This document shows positions 28,637 to 37,404 of a DNA stretch of 64,000 nucleotides, piece by piece. Both the position numbers and the translations under genes were made by a program. The stretch lies in the IMG/VR virus record IMGVR_UViG_3300042337_000526, positions 53,744 through 117,743 of that record. One strand, given 5' to 3'. The notes under the pieces were generated by a model. That model was not told the DNA's origin, ran no database searches, and was given only the letters and a program-made list of their open reading frames with translations. This stretch comes from a virus. How positions within the stretch are numbered: position 1 is the first letter of the stretch; each line of letters begins with the position of its first letter.

Positions 28637-28840
28637 ATGCCTAAATACTATGTTAAGTCTGGACAGATTAGATTTATAGTAGACTGTACAGATCATTTAT
28701 GTGCGATATTAGCAGCACTTACTCATTACAAAGGCAAAGGAATAGTTACGGGACCAAAAATATGTGTTGGTGAACAGGGATTTGAAGATTTTAAAAAATG
28801 GAAATGTTACGATACAGATAAGTATCTAAAAGGAATATAA
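28637..28840 (+). CDS. Hypothetical protein
   Basis: 67-aa ORF whose stop overlaps the next ATG. Confidence 0.6.
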   Translation: MPKYYVKSGQIRFIVDCTDHLCAILAALTHYKGKGIVTGPKICVGEQGFEDFKKWKCYDTDKYLKGI

Positions 28841-29967
28841 TGCAAAAAATTATAAATGAAATCAAGTTGGACTTTGATGATGTCCTTATTCGCCCAAAAA
28901 GATCAACATTAAATAGTCGATCAGAGGTTTGTATCCAGCGAGAATTTAAATTTAAGTATTCTCCACGAAAATTATTAGCTGTGCCTATTATGGTAGCTAA
29001 TATGGATACTGTTGGCACATTTAAAATGGCGGAATCCTTAACAAAAAATCAAACCATAGTATGTTTACATAAGCATTATAAAATTAATGAATACGTTGCT
29101 TTTTATACTGATCCTAGTATTGTAAATAAAAATCTTGCATTTTATTCAATCGGCACAAGCCAGACAGATCTGGAAAAATTAACTGAAGTATTCAATCAAA
29201 TTAAAAAATATAACTATCCTACTCCTAATATCTGTTTAGATGTAGCAAATGGATATACAGAACAGTTTGTTAAAGCTGCTCGTAAAATAAGAAATTTATA
29301 TCCAGAATCAGTTATAATGGCCGGAAATGTAGTAACTCCTGAAATGACAGAAGAATTAATTATTCATGGTCAGGTTGATATAGTCAAGGTTGGTATAGGA
29401 TCAGGTAGTGTTTGTACCACTCGTTTAAAAACTGGCGTAGGATATCCTCAATTGAGTGCTGTGATGGAATGTACGGATGCTGCCCACGGCCTTGGTGGAC
29501 ACGTTTGTTCAGACGGCGGGTGCAAAGTGGTTGGAGATATTTGCAAAGCGTTTGGTGCTAATAGCGATTTTGTAATGCTAGGAAGCATATTCGCAGGCAC
29601 AGACGAATGTGAAGGAGAATGGAAATACGAATATTTAGTAGAAGCAGGATCATCTGCTCCTGGGTTTTGGCAATCTATAGATCCAGAAAACAATAATATA
29701 AAAAGAAAAGTATCTTTACAATATTATGGAATGAGTAGTTCGGAAGCGATGGATAAGCACCATAATGGAGTTGCTGACTACAGAACAGCAGAGGGTAAGT
29801 GCGTTACTGTTCCATATAAAGGTATGGCAGAAGAAATTGTTCAAGATATTTATGGCGGAATACGAAGTGCTTGTACCTATATAGGCGCTAGTAAAATAAA
29901 AGATTTTGGTAAAAAAACAACATTTATACAAGTTAACAATACTCATAATAAGATATACGAAAAATGA
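28840..29967 (+). CDS. guaC: GMP reductase
   Basis: LDFDDVLIRPKRSTL, ANMDTVGTF, CLDVANGY, KVGIGSGSVCTTR (catalytic Cys), GYPQLSAV, DGGC, YGMSS, GGIRSACTY. No CBS domains. Confidence 0.92.
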   Translation: MQKIINEIKLDFDDVLIRPKRSTLNSRSEVCIQREFKFKYSPRKLLAVPIMVANMDTVGTFKMAESLTKNQTIVCLHKHYKINEYVAFYTDPSIVNKNLAFYSIGTSQTDLEKLTEVFNQIKKYNYPTPNICLDVANGYTEQFVKAARKIRNLYPESVIMAGNVVTPEMTEELIIHGQVDIVKVGIGSGSVCTTRLKTGVGYPQLSAVMECTDAAHGLGGHVCSDGGCKVVGDICKAFGANSDFVMLGSIFAGTDECEGEWKYEYLVEAGSSAPGFWQSIDPENNNIKRKVSLQYYGMSSSEAMDKHHNGVADYRTAEGKCVTVPYKGMAEEIVQDIYGGIRSACTYIGASKIKDFGKKTTFIQVNNTHNKIYEK

Positions 29968-31022
29968 AAATAAATTATTCAAGTCCAATTAATAATACTG
30001 GCTATGGCTTAGCATCAATCAATATTTTACGAGAACTAGCACAAATAGCAGACGTAACTTATTACCCTATAGGTCAGCCATCTGTTAATAATCAAAATGA
30101 TCATGATCTAATAATGTCCTTATTAAGAAAAAGGATGGAAGTTGATATTAATGCTATTAACTTTAAGATATGGCATCAGTTCGATTTGCTAGAACATATT
30201 GGACGAGGTAAATATATTGCTTACCCATTTTTTGAGTTAGACACATTTAATGACTATGAAAAAAATAATTTAAAAGTCCCAGACAGCATATGTGTCAGCA
30301 GTAAATGGGGTCAGGAAGTTTTATTAAAGAATGGTATAGATTCTGAATCATTCGTCGTTCCACTGGGTGTTAATAGAAATATTTTTAATAATACCATCAA
30401 AAGAACTAGATCAGATGACAAATATGTTTTTCTAAATATAGGGAAATGGGAAGTTCGTAAAGGACACGATATTCTATTTTCTTTATTCAATGAGGCTTTT
30501 CCAGATCAAAAGGATGTTGAGCTATGGATATTAGCATCAGAAAAAACTAATTCATATTCATCTCCTGATGAGTTAAAACAATGGAAAAATATGTATGGTT
30601 CAGATAGAATAAAATTATTTAACGGATTTGATACTCAAGAAGAAATAGCTCAATTAATAGCAGATGCTGATTGTGGATTATATCCATCAAGAGCAGAAGG
30701 ATGGAATTTGGAACTATTAGAAACCATGAGCATGGGAAAGCCCACCATAGCAACCAACTATTCTGCACACACAGAATTCTGCACATCAGATAACTGTTAT
30801 TTGGTCAATATTGACGAGACAGAAAAAGCTTTTGATGGAAAAGCATTTCAAGGCCAAGGGAATTGGGCCAAACTGGGAAAGAACCAGATAGAAAATATTA
30901 TTGAGCATATGAGGTATGTTTATAAGAACAGAATAATGGCTAATCCATATGGAATAGAAACGGCCAAAAAGTATTCTTGGGAGAATGCTGCTCAACAACT
31001 TGTGAGGTGTATTTCTAAGTAG
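29964..31022 (+). CDS. GT4-like (GT-B) glycosyltransferase
   Basis: FLNIGKWEVRKGHDIL, YPSRAEGWNLELLETMSMGKPTIATNYSAH (ExxxxxxxE motif). Confidence 0.88.
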   Translation: MKINYSSPINNTGYGLASINILRELAQIADVTYYPIGQPSVNNQNDHDLIMSLLRKRMEVDINAINFKIWHQFDLLEHIGRGKYIAYPFFELDTFNDYEKNNLKVPDSICVSSKWGQEVLLKNGIDSESFVVPLGVNRNIFNNTIKRTRSDDKYVFLNIGKWEVRKGHDILFSLFNEAFPDQKDVELWILASEKTNSYSSPDELKQWKNMYGSDRIKLFNGFDTQEEIAQLIADADCGLYPSRAEGWNLELLETMSMGKPTIATNYSAHTEFCTSDNCYLVNIDETEKAFDGKAFQGQGNWAKLGKNQIENIIEHMRYVYKNRIMANPYGIETAKKYSWENAAQQLVRCISK

Positions 31023-31032
31023 GAGATACTAT

Positions 31033-31545
31033 ATGCCAATACCATCTAAAAAAGAAAATGAAGATAAGCAAAAGTTTGTAGCTCGTTGCATGGGTGATGA
31101 GACTATGAAAAAGGACTATCCTGACAGTAAGCAACGTGTTGCTATCTGCATAGGACAAAGCAAAAAAAATAAATCATCATTAATAGAAGATGTTCATGAT
31201 GAACTATTAGCCAATAATTGCACATGGGATGACGAATGGAATGAGTTTGTCTGGGAAGTAGAAGCAACAGAAATTTTTGACGAAGACGGCAAGATTATTG
31301 CCGCTGAAAAAAATGGACGCAAAGTAACTTTGAACAAACCCTTTAGAACACCCGATGGGCCTAAAAAGTTTAGTGTCTATGTAAAGAACGGAAGCGGTAA
31401 TGTTGTTAAGGTTAATTTTGGCGATCCCAATATGAAAATTAAAAAATATATTCCCGAAAGACGCAAGAGCTTTAGGGCTCGTCATAACTGTGATAATCCT
31501 GGTCCCAAGTGGAAAAGTCGATATTGGAGTTGCAAGGCATGGTGA
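31033..31545 (+). CDS. Conserved phage hypothetical protein (N-terminal PIPSK...FVARCM and C-terminal basic Cys module)
   Basis: RBS aggag. C-terminus KKFSVYVK...VKVNFGDPNM...RRKSFRARHNCD...RYWSCKAW is a module I recall from large myovirus-like genomes. Confidence 0.7.
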   Translation: MPIPSKKENEDKQKFVARCMGDETMKKDYPDSKQRVAICIGQSKKNKSSLIEDVHDELLANNCTWDDEWNEFVWEVEATEIFDEDGKIIAAEKNGRKVTLNKPFRTPDGPKKFSVYVKNGSGNVVKVNFGDPNMKIKKYIPERRKSFRARHNCDNPGPKWKSRYWSCKAW

Positions 31546-31546
31546 T

Positions 31547-32035
31547 ATGAGAAAATGCAGAAAATGTAAAATAACTTTAGTTTTAGAATCCAAAAAATAT
31601 TGTGAGAAATGTAAACTAAAAAAGAAGACTTGTCCATGTGGTATGGTTTTTAAGTCAAATAAATGGGATTTTTGTAAAAAATGTAGAGGCTCACAAGGAA
31701 AAACAGGAAATTGTTATGGATGTGAACAGAACAAAAAACTATATTGGTCAACAGGCTTATGTCAAGGGTGCTATAAATATACCATAAAATATAATCTTGA
31801 TAAAGATACTGTTAAACGACTTAGTTCTATTAAATTTTGTCAAATATGTGGAATTACATTACATCATAAACCAGGAAATTCGAATGATAGGGCTGTAATT
31901 GATCATTGTCATAAAACAGGTATAGTTAGAGGTATACTATGTAATAGGTGTAATATAATAGAAGGAATGATACGAGACGAACAACATTTAGAACAATTTT
32001 ATATCAACTATAAAAAATGGATTTTAAAATCATGA
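31547..32035 (+). CDS. Endonuclease VII-like (His-Me finger) nuclease with Cys-rich N-terminus
   Basis: CQICG...AVIDHCHKTGIVRGILCNRCN, several N-terminal CxxC. ATG 31547 lies just after the upstream stop (track 31490). Confidence 0.85.
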   Translation: MRKCRKCKITLVLESKKYCEKCKLKKKTCPCGMVFKSNKWDFCKKCRGSQGKTGNCYGCEQNKKLYWSTGLCQGCYKYTIKYNLDKDTVKRLSSIKFCQICGITLHHKPGNSNDRAVIDHCHKTGIVRGILCNRCNIIEGMIRDEQHLEQFYINYKKWILKS

Positions 32036-32625
32036 AAAGTATTGAAGAACTAATCAAAAATCAAGAGGTAATAATGGACAGCCAATCAGAAGAAACTCTA
32101 TCGCCAAATGAAGAAGCAACTCTTCCAGAAGCTGAAATACAAGCACAAGAAGTTCCCGGCTATACTTCTGATAGTGTTATTGAATTACTAAAAAAATCAC
32201 TCAACATTCACTGGCAACAAACAACCAGCCTTTCTGCCCAAGCGGTACATTTAGAGCGTTGGGGATATAAAAAACTAGCTGATATAATTAGACAAGATGC
32301 AGAAGAAGAACATCAGCACTCTATGATTAATCTAAAAAGATTAGAATTTTTTGATACTGACTATCAGCCATTAATGATAAACCCACCGGTCTGGAAAAGA
32401 CACGATATGTTAGCAATGATTCAGTATAATCTTAATTCTGTTAGAGAAGCCTCTGTTACTGAAAGAGCAACAATAGTTGCTGCCAGAGCGGTGGGCGATG
32501 AAATAACTGCAAATATGATGATACCACTACTACAAGGTAGCGAAAATGGTATTGAATTATATGAAGGATATTTAAAGCTTATCGAACAGATGGGTCTGGA
32601 CAATTTCCTAAGTATCCAGGTCTAA
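32032..32625 (+). CDS. bfr: Bacterioferritin-like protein with degenerate ferroxidase centre
   Basis: Aligns by eye to Bfr across both helical halves (WGYKKLAD, EEEHQH, KRLEF, MMIPLL, LIEQMGLDNFLSIQV), with an acidic ~40-aa N-extension. Confidence 0.8.
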   Translation: MKSIEELIKNQEVIMDSQSEETLSPNEEATLPEAEIQAQEVPGYTSDSVIELLKKSLNIHWQQTTSLSAQAVHLERWGYKKLADIIRQDAEEEHQHSMINLKRLEFFDTDYQPLMINPPVWKRHDMLAMIQYNLNSVREASVTERATIVAARAVGDEITANMMIPLLQGSENGIELYEGYLKLIEQMGLDNFLSIQV

Positions 32626-32629
32626 ATAA

Positions 32630-33286
32630 ATGACAAGGAATAAATTACTATCTGAATTTAGTTCAGTAATACCTTCTATCAACATAGATAATATTAAGTA
32701 TACAGCCAAGACAGTAGAAGATCAAAAGGTTTCAAAACTTATTGATTTTGACTATAAGTCTATTCTTGATAATCCTCCTATAAATAGTAGTGGTTCTACA
32801 CTAAAAGAATTAATTTACATATCTAAGATTACCAATAATAGAGACAATAAAGATATCGAATTTCTCAATAAAATAGACAAAAATCCGGCATCTTTGGTTA
32901 TAGACTTTTGTAAAAATAAAAAAATTACTTTTCCACAAAAGGATTTTGATAACCTATATGATATTATTAAACCTCTTATTCTTAATGTCAAATACTATTT
33001 TAATAGAGCAAGACCCTATCAATTGGCCAAATTATACGGATTAACAATTGACGTTATTGAAACAGATACTCATCAAACTCCATCCTACCCATCTGGACAC
33101 ACGGTGTATGCTAGACTAGCAGGCAATCTTGTAACAATTTCTCATCCAGAGTTCAAATACGAATTGGATCAAATTGTGAACAGGAGCGCTTATGCTAGGG
33201 TTTTGCAAGGCGTTCATTATCCCTCAGACAATACGGCTTCAATTATTTTTACTGATTTTATTTTTCACAAACTATATAAGAGATAA
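32630..33286 (+). CDS. PAP2/vanadium haloperoxidase-superfamily phosphatase
   Basis: All three motifs present: KYYFNRARP (Kx6RP), YPSGH, ARVLQGVHYPSD. Confidence 0.88.
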   Translation: MTRNKLLSEFSSVIPSINIDNIKYTAKTVEDQKVSKLIDFDYKSILDNPPINSSGSTLKELIYISKITNNRDNKDIEFLNKIDKNPASLVIDFCKNKKITFPQKDFDNLYDIIKPLILNVKYYFNRARPYQLAKLYGLTIDVIETDTHQTPSYPSGHTVYARLAGNLVTISHPEFKYELDQIVNRSAYARVLQGVHYPSDNTASIIFTDFIFHKLYKR

Positions 33287-33291
33287 TAATT

Positions 33292-34152
33292 ATGGACAGA
33301 ATTTACGATCTATTAAATAATGTAGAAAAGCTTATTAAAAAAACCGAAGGAACAATGCTACCTGTTCCAACCGTAGAAGTTCAACCAGAGGTTGATCCAA
33401 ACTCTAAGCCACCAATTAAACCAGAATTAGTAGATACAGACACTAATGAGGATTCTCTTAATTCTCAAAGAGAAAAAATTAATCAACTAAAAATCAAAAA
33501 TCCAAACGAACAAGTTTCCTTACCAAATGGAGATAGTTCAGTCGCTGGTTGTAAGCTAATGGCTGGAGATAAAATTAAAAATACTAATCCTGCTTGTATG
33601 GAATATGGTAGTGAAGGCATTGTTGAAACCATAGAAGAGATGCCAGAAAATATAGGATATGTTATTGGTTATCGAACCACGAATTCTGGACCATCGTGGA
33701 CAGTAGATCAATATTTGAGAAAAACGGAGGATCAATTAAGTCTAATAGATTCTCTCGATGATTATGGGCTGGCCGAAGAAGAAATGGAATCGCCAGAAGA
33801 AGAATTAAATGAATATAAAGAAGATTTTTTTGAAATGAGTGTTGGCTCACTTAGAGCAATAGCCACACATGCTCAAGAAATAATGAATTCTTTGGACAAT
33901 CCATCCGTAAAAGAAAACTTGACAGAGAGCTGGTTGCAGGGTAAGATCGCCATAACTGAGGACTACATGAGAACAATTCATGATTTTGTCATGTATGTCT
34001 CAGACTCTGACGATACTATATCTGCTGCTGACAAGCAAGGTCTTTGGGATAACATACGAAAAAAGAAAGAGAGAGAAGGAAAGAAGTATAGACCAGCAAA
34101 GCCAGGAGACAAAGATAGGCCAGATCCAAAACAATGGAAAAAGCTGACGTAG
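33292..34152 (+). CDS. Modular acidic phage protein (SH3-like middle, helical WLQGKI domain, basic tail)
   Basis: 286-aa ORF. Segments LTESWLQGKIAITEDYM and GLWDNIRKKKER resemble modules I recall from large-phage head-associated proteins. Confidence 0.65.
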   Translation: MDRIYDLLNNVEKLIKKTEGTMLPVPTVEVQPEVDPNSKPPIKPELVDTDTNEDSLNSQREKINQLKIKNPNEQVSLPNGDSSVAGCKLMAGDKIKNTNPACMEYGSEGIVETIEEMPENIGYVIGYRTTNSGPSWTVDQYLRKTEDQLSLIDSLDDYGLAEEEMESPEEELNEYKEDFFEMSVGSLRAIATHAQEIMNSLDNPSVKENLTESWLQGKIAITEDYMRTIHDFVMYVSDSDDTISAADKQGLWDNIRKKKEREGKKYRPAKPGDKDRPDPKQWKKLT

Positions 34153-34210
34153 TACGAAGTTAATAGGACTAACTGCTTAATTTATAAACTCAATAAAGGA
34201 CATCTTGATC

Positions 34211-34807
34211 ATGGAAAGACAGTATGACAGTCTGGATACGTATATTAATTTAGCTAAAAAAACTATATCAAAATTTGGCCCTAAATTTTATAATGGTTTA
34301 TCTGCTGAGATGCTAAAAAATAGTGATGCAATATCTGATGTTGCAACTGCTATAATGTATGCTGATTGGCGATTTGACCCAACAAGAACAGGAAAAGAAG
34401 GACAAAAGAAAACTCTATATTCTTATAGAAATCAGTGTGCTATTTGGGCGATAAAAACCTATATTACTAACAAATATAAAAAACAAAACGATAATTATGA
34501 TACTATTAGTTTAAACTTCAATAGTGAAGATGCTTCTGAGATATCATCAACAATTCAGGATAAAAAGTGCTTAAGTCCTGTGGATATTCTGATCGATAGA
34601 GAAGAATCAGAAAATATAACTAGTTATATTAATGTTCTATTAAGTAGTGATATTTTATCATCTAAGCAAAAAGAACAAATTAGAATGTATTATTTAGACA
34701 ATCTAACCCTATCTGCTATAGGTAAAAAATTTGGAGTGTCCAGAGAAGCCATTCGTCAGAATATAAAAAGAGCTATAGAGATTATAAAATCTTATGATAA
34801 GTGTTAA
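34211..34807 (+). CDS. Phage RNA polymerase sigma70-family factor
   Basis: Region 2-like AISDVATAIMYADWRFDP...LYSYRNQCAIWAI and region 4 HTH LTLSAIGKKFGVSREAIRQNIKRAI. RBS aagga (track start TTG 34205). Confidence 0.85.
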   Translation: MERQYDSLDTYINLAKKTISKFGPKFYNGLSAEMLKNSDAISDVATAIMYADWRFDPTRTGKEGQKKTLYSYRNQCAIWAIKTYITNKYKKQNDNYDTISLNFNSEDASEISSTIQDKKCLSPVDILIDREESENITSYINVLLSSDILSSKQKEQIRMYYLDNLTLSAIGKKFGVSREAIRQNIKRAIEIIKSYDKC

Positions 34808-35138
34808 ATTAAATATAATACCAATATTTTTTGATCATAAAGAAATCAAATCTAAAATATTAACTTCTAAAGACTCAAAATTTCCCCAAATAATTGTTGA
34901 ACCCTCTTTGGATATAAATGCAGCACTAAACCATATTATTTCTTTGTATATAGATTCAGAAATTAAATTAAATAATTTCAAATTAACGGATGTTGTTATT
35001 ACAGAAGATCAGTTAGACATATACTATATTCTATTCATCAACTATGAAACTAATTTAAAAAATAATGCTATATTACTAAATATAGAAGAAAAATTAGACA
35101 TACCAAATAATGCTAAAAAAATTATTGAACTACTTTAA
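34794..35138 (+). CDS. Hypothetical protein
   Basis: 114-aa ORF overlapping both neighbours. Confidence 0.6.
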   Translation: MISVKLNIIPIFFDHKEIKSKILTSKDSKFPQIIVEPSLDINAALNHIISLYIDSEIKLNNFKLTDVVITEDQLDIYYILFINYETNLKNNAILLNIEEKLDIPNNAKKIIELL

Positions 35139-35511
35139 GAGCTTATTCAAATGGCCTTCTTCAAAACAAAGAGAGCCAGATAATGTTTGTTCTATTAAAA
35201 TAGACATGCGTTCTGATTTAGACATAGATGTTAAATTGTATTATGATCCGTCTATAGTTAATATTAGCAACGTTATTGGTACCGCAGAAAAATATGCAGA
35301 ATTATTAGTCTATATTAGTACTAATGCGTTTAAAAAAAGACTTGGTGAGATTTTAGAAGAAAAAATAAAATTAAGCACTAATATTAATGAACAATTATTA
35401 TTAGACAATATTATATCATTTCAAGATTTGATCAAAAAAGAAATACAAAACGCATCGGCCGTTAATTATACTCCAATAATTAGACCAATATCTGTGTTTA
35501 ATCCCCGATAA
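35110..35511 (+). CDS. Hypothetical protein
   Basis: 133-aa ORF in the operon. Confidence 0.6.
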   Translation: MLKKLLNYFKSLFKWPSSKQREPDNVCSIKIDMRSDLDIDVKLYYDPSIVNISNVIGTAEKYAELLVYISTNAFKKRLGEILEEKIKLSTNINEQLLLDNIISFQDLIKKEIQNASAVNYTPIIRPISVFNPR

Positions 35512-35587
35512 TTCGTTGTGGGCCGGATTTTCTTTCTTACTATGAATATATAGAAATCTAGTCCAATTATCAAACTAGGCTATAAAT

Positions 35588-36031
35588 ATGGAATTAACTA
35601 ATAAAATAATATGGCAGAAGTGGCTTGATCCTTTTGGGAATGAGTCTGACGATACGGAGCATGATCCGTATACTGGTAACTATTATGACGAAGAACACTA
35701 TAACGATACCGAAGAAGAAGAGGATGAAGACGAAATACTTAAGAAAAATCTTACAAAAAATAAACAAGTTAAAGTTATAGCCACTCCCATGGGAATAATA
35801 CCAATGAATGAAAATACCATGAGTGGAAAAATATTTAATTTTTGGATGGGTCATACCAACTTTAATATTACAAAAAAAATTGCAGACATTATTGAACAAA
35901 CCGACGGCGTAGAAACTTTAGACATTTTTACCAGATATAGATTTCGAATCGGAGTAGGCAAAGCATTTGATGATTCGTCTGTTATGAGAACAATTAATAA
36001 AAGGGTTTACGGTGAAATAAATCATGCCTAG
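35588..36031 (+). CDS. Hypothetical protein with acidic tract
   Basis: 147-aa ORF; FNFWMGHTNFNIT...GVETLDIFTRYRFRIGVGKAF looks like a conserved folded domain. Confidence 0.7.
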   Translation: MELTNKIIWQKWLDPFGNESDDTEHDPYTGNYYDEEHYNDTEEEEDEDEILKKNLTKNKQVKVIATPMGIIPMNENTMSGKIFNFWMGHTNFNITKKIADIIEQTDGVETLDIFTRYRFRIGVGKAFDDSSVMRTINKRVYGEINHA

Positions 36032-36683
36032 ACCAAATACCACCACAGACGAAATCCAAATAATACATTCTTATGGTTTGGATGTTAAAAATAGAGAAAT
36101 TTATTTACATTCATACTTGGGTGATGAAGATGAAGGTGGTGTTGATTATAGGTCTGCGATAGTTTTTGAAAAAAATATTAGATACTTAAATCTTATCTCA
36201 AATGATCCAATATTCATTCATATGCATCTTCCTGGTGGTGATTGGGAGGATTGTTTGGGAATATATGACACTATTAAACATTCAAGATCAAAAACTATTA
36301 TACTCGCTTATTCTAAAGTACAATCTGCAAGTAGTATAATTTTTCAAGCAGCAGATACTAGGGTGTTAATGCCTAATGTAAATATTTTAATACATTATGG
36401 ATCTATAAGTATTGACGATGAACACAAAGCAGCAATAAGTAGTCTGCAATGGAGCGAAAAAGAATCATCAAAAATGATTGATATTTTTGTTGATAAGTGG
36501 ATGACTTCTCCAATGTCAAAAGAAAAAAATTGGAAAAGACAATTTGCTAAAAAACATATCCAAAGTCAATTAGCCACTAAGAGCGATTGGATACTAACAG
36601 CAGAAGAATCGGTGTATTATGGTTTTGCAGATAGCATTCTTGGAGATAAAAAATATCCAACCATAGACTCACTTAAAAAATAA
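36024..36683 (+). CDS. clpP: ClpP-like serine protease (S14)
   Basis: REIYLHS, IHMHLPGG, KVQSASSII (Ser), ILIHYG (His), DWILTAEESVYYGFAD (Asp): triad apparently intact. Confidence 0.8.
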   Translation: MPRPNTTTDEIQIIHSYGLDVKNREIYLHSYLGDEDEGGVDYRSAIVFEKNIRYLNLISNDPIFIHMHLPGGDWEDCLGIYDTIKHSRSKTIILAYSKVQSASSIIFQAADTRVLMPNVNILIHYGSISIDDEHKAAISSLQWSEKESSKMIDIFVDKWMTSPMSKEKNWKRQFAKKHIQSQLATKSDWILTAEESVYYGFADSILGDKKYPTIDSLKK

Positions 36684-36684
36684 A

Positions 36685-37341
36685 ATGATAATTGAATATT
36701 GTTATTATGATACAGCATCCAAAGATCTTGAGCTAGTAGAAAATATTAATAAGGCTATAAAATATAATATTAGCTCATTGTCGGTGCTACCATCACAAAT
36801 AAAACCAATAAGGTCAATATTGCCAGATAATATCAAGTTATCCACACCCATAGATTATCCCTTTGGGATTTTAGATACTCAGTCAAGGATGTCTATTGTT
36901 GAGTATGCTATAAAAAATGGGGCGCAAATTATAGACGTTGTGTGCCCAACTTATTATTTATGCAATAGAAAATACGAAAAATTTCGTGAAGATATTAAAA
37001 ATATTCAATCTCTTTGCTCAGAATCAACTGAGGTTCGATACATATTAGAATATCGTCAATTTACATACGAACTATTATACAAAATAGCTCAAATATTATT
37101 TGACTTTAATATTAAAACAATCTATCCTGCTAGTGGATATTCATTAGACGATATATCTGATAATATCCTGGCTGCTGCACTAATCAACAAAAGAGTACCA
37201 CAAATTAATATAATTTCTAACGGAAATCTTTGGAATGATAGTCATATTAAACTGGTCAAAAATAGCATTTTATATGGTCTTAGGGTTAACTCATTAAATG
37301 CTCTTGAATTGTTGTCAAAAGAAAACATTTTAGAAAATTAA
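36685..37341 (+). CDS. DeoC/deoxyribose-phosphate aldolase-like TIM barrel lacking catalytic lysines
   Basis: STPIDYPFG, AIKNGAQIIDVV and VRYILE match DeoC. The FVKTSTGF motif reads TIYPASGY and VKASGG reads IISNGN. Confidence 0.7.
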   Translation: MIIEYCYYDTASKDLELVENINKAIKYNISSLSVLPSQIKPIRSILPDNIKLSTPIDYPFGILDTQSRMSIVEYAIKNGAQIIDVVCPTYYLCNRKYEKFREDIKNIQSLCSESTEVRYILEYRQFTYELLYKIAQILFDFNIKTIYPASGYSLDDISDNILAAALINKRVPQINIISNGNLWNDSHIKLVKNSILYGLRVNSLNALELLSKENILEN

Positions 37342-37348
37342 CCTTTTA

Positions 37349-37365
37349 GGTGTACTAAATTATAG
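37349..37365 (+). promoter_or_regulatory. Putative phage late-promoter motif GGTGTA-CTAAATTATAG
   Basis: Intergenic, about 40 nt upstream of the ATG at 37405. Confidence 0.55.
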
Positions 37366-37404
37366 ATTTTAAACAATCTTCACAGAACAAAACGGAGATA
37401 TACA

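Noticed and set aside
29600-29730. Insertion in GuaC (YEYLVEAGSSAPGFWQSIDPENNN) as a possible mini-intein
   Set aside because: Too short, with no Cys/Ser start or His-Asn end; it sits in a naturally variable flap loop.
31207-31593. 128-aa minus-strand ORF and similar 60-130-aa opposite-strand or nested ORFs in the track (e.g. 8832-9215, 19321-19650, 39131-39619, 52081-52386)
   Set aside because: All lie wholly within well-supported genes on another frame or strand and have no recognisable motifs.
33102-33114. GGTGTA hexamer inside the PAP2 gene
   Set aside because: Not followed by the A/T-rich tract and explained by the coding sequence after the PSGH motif.
35512-35587. Short inverted repeat CTAGT...ACTAG and a possible promoter in this gap
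   Set aside because: Only 5-bp arms and no convincing -35/-10 or GGTGTA motif; expected by chance.
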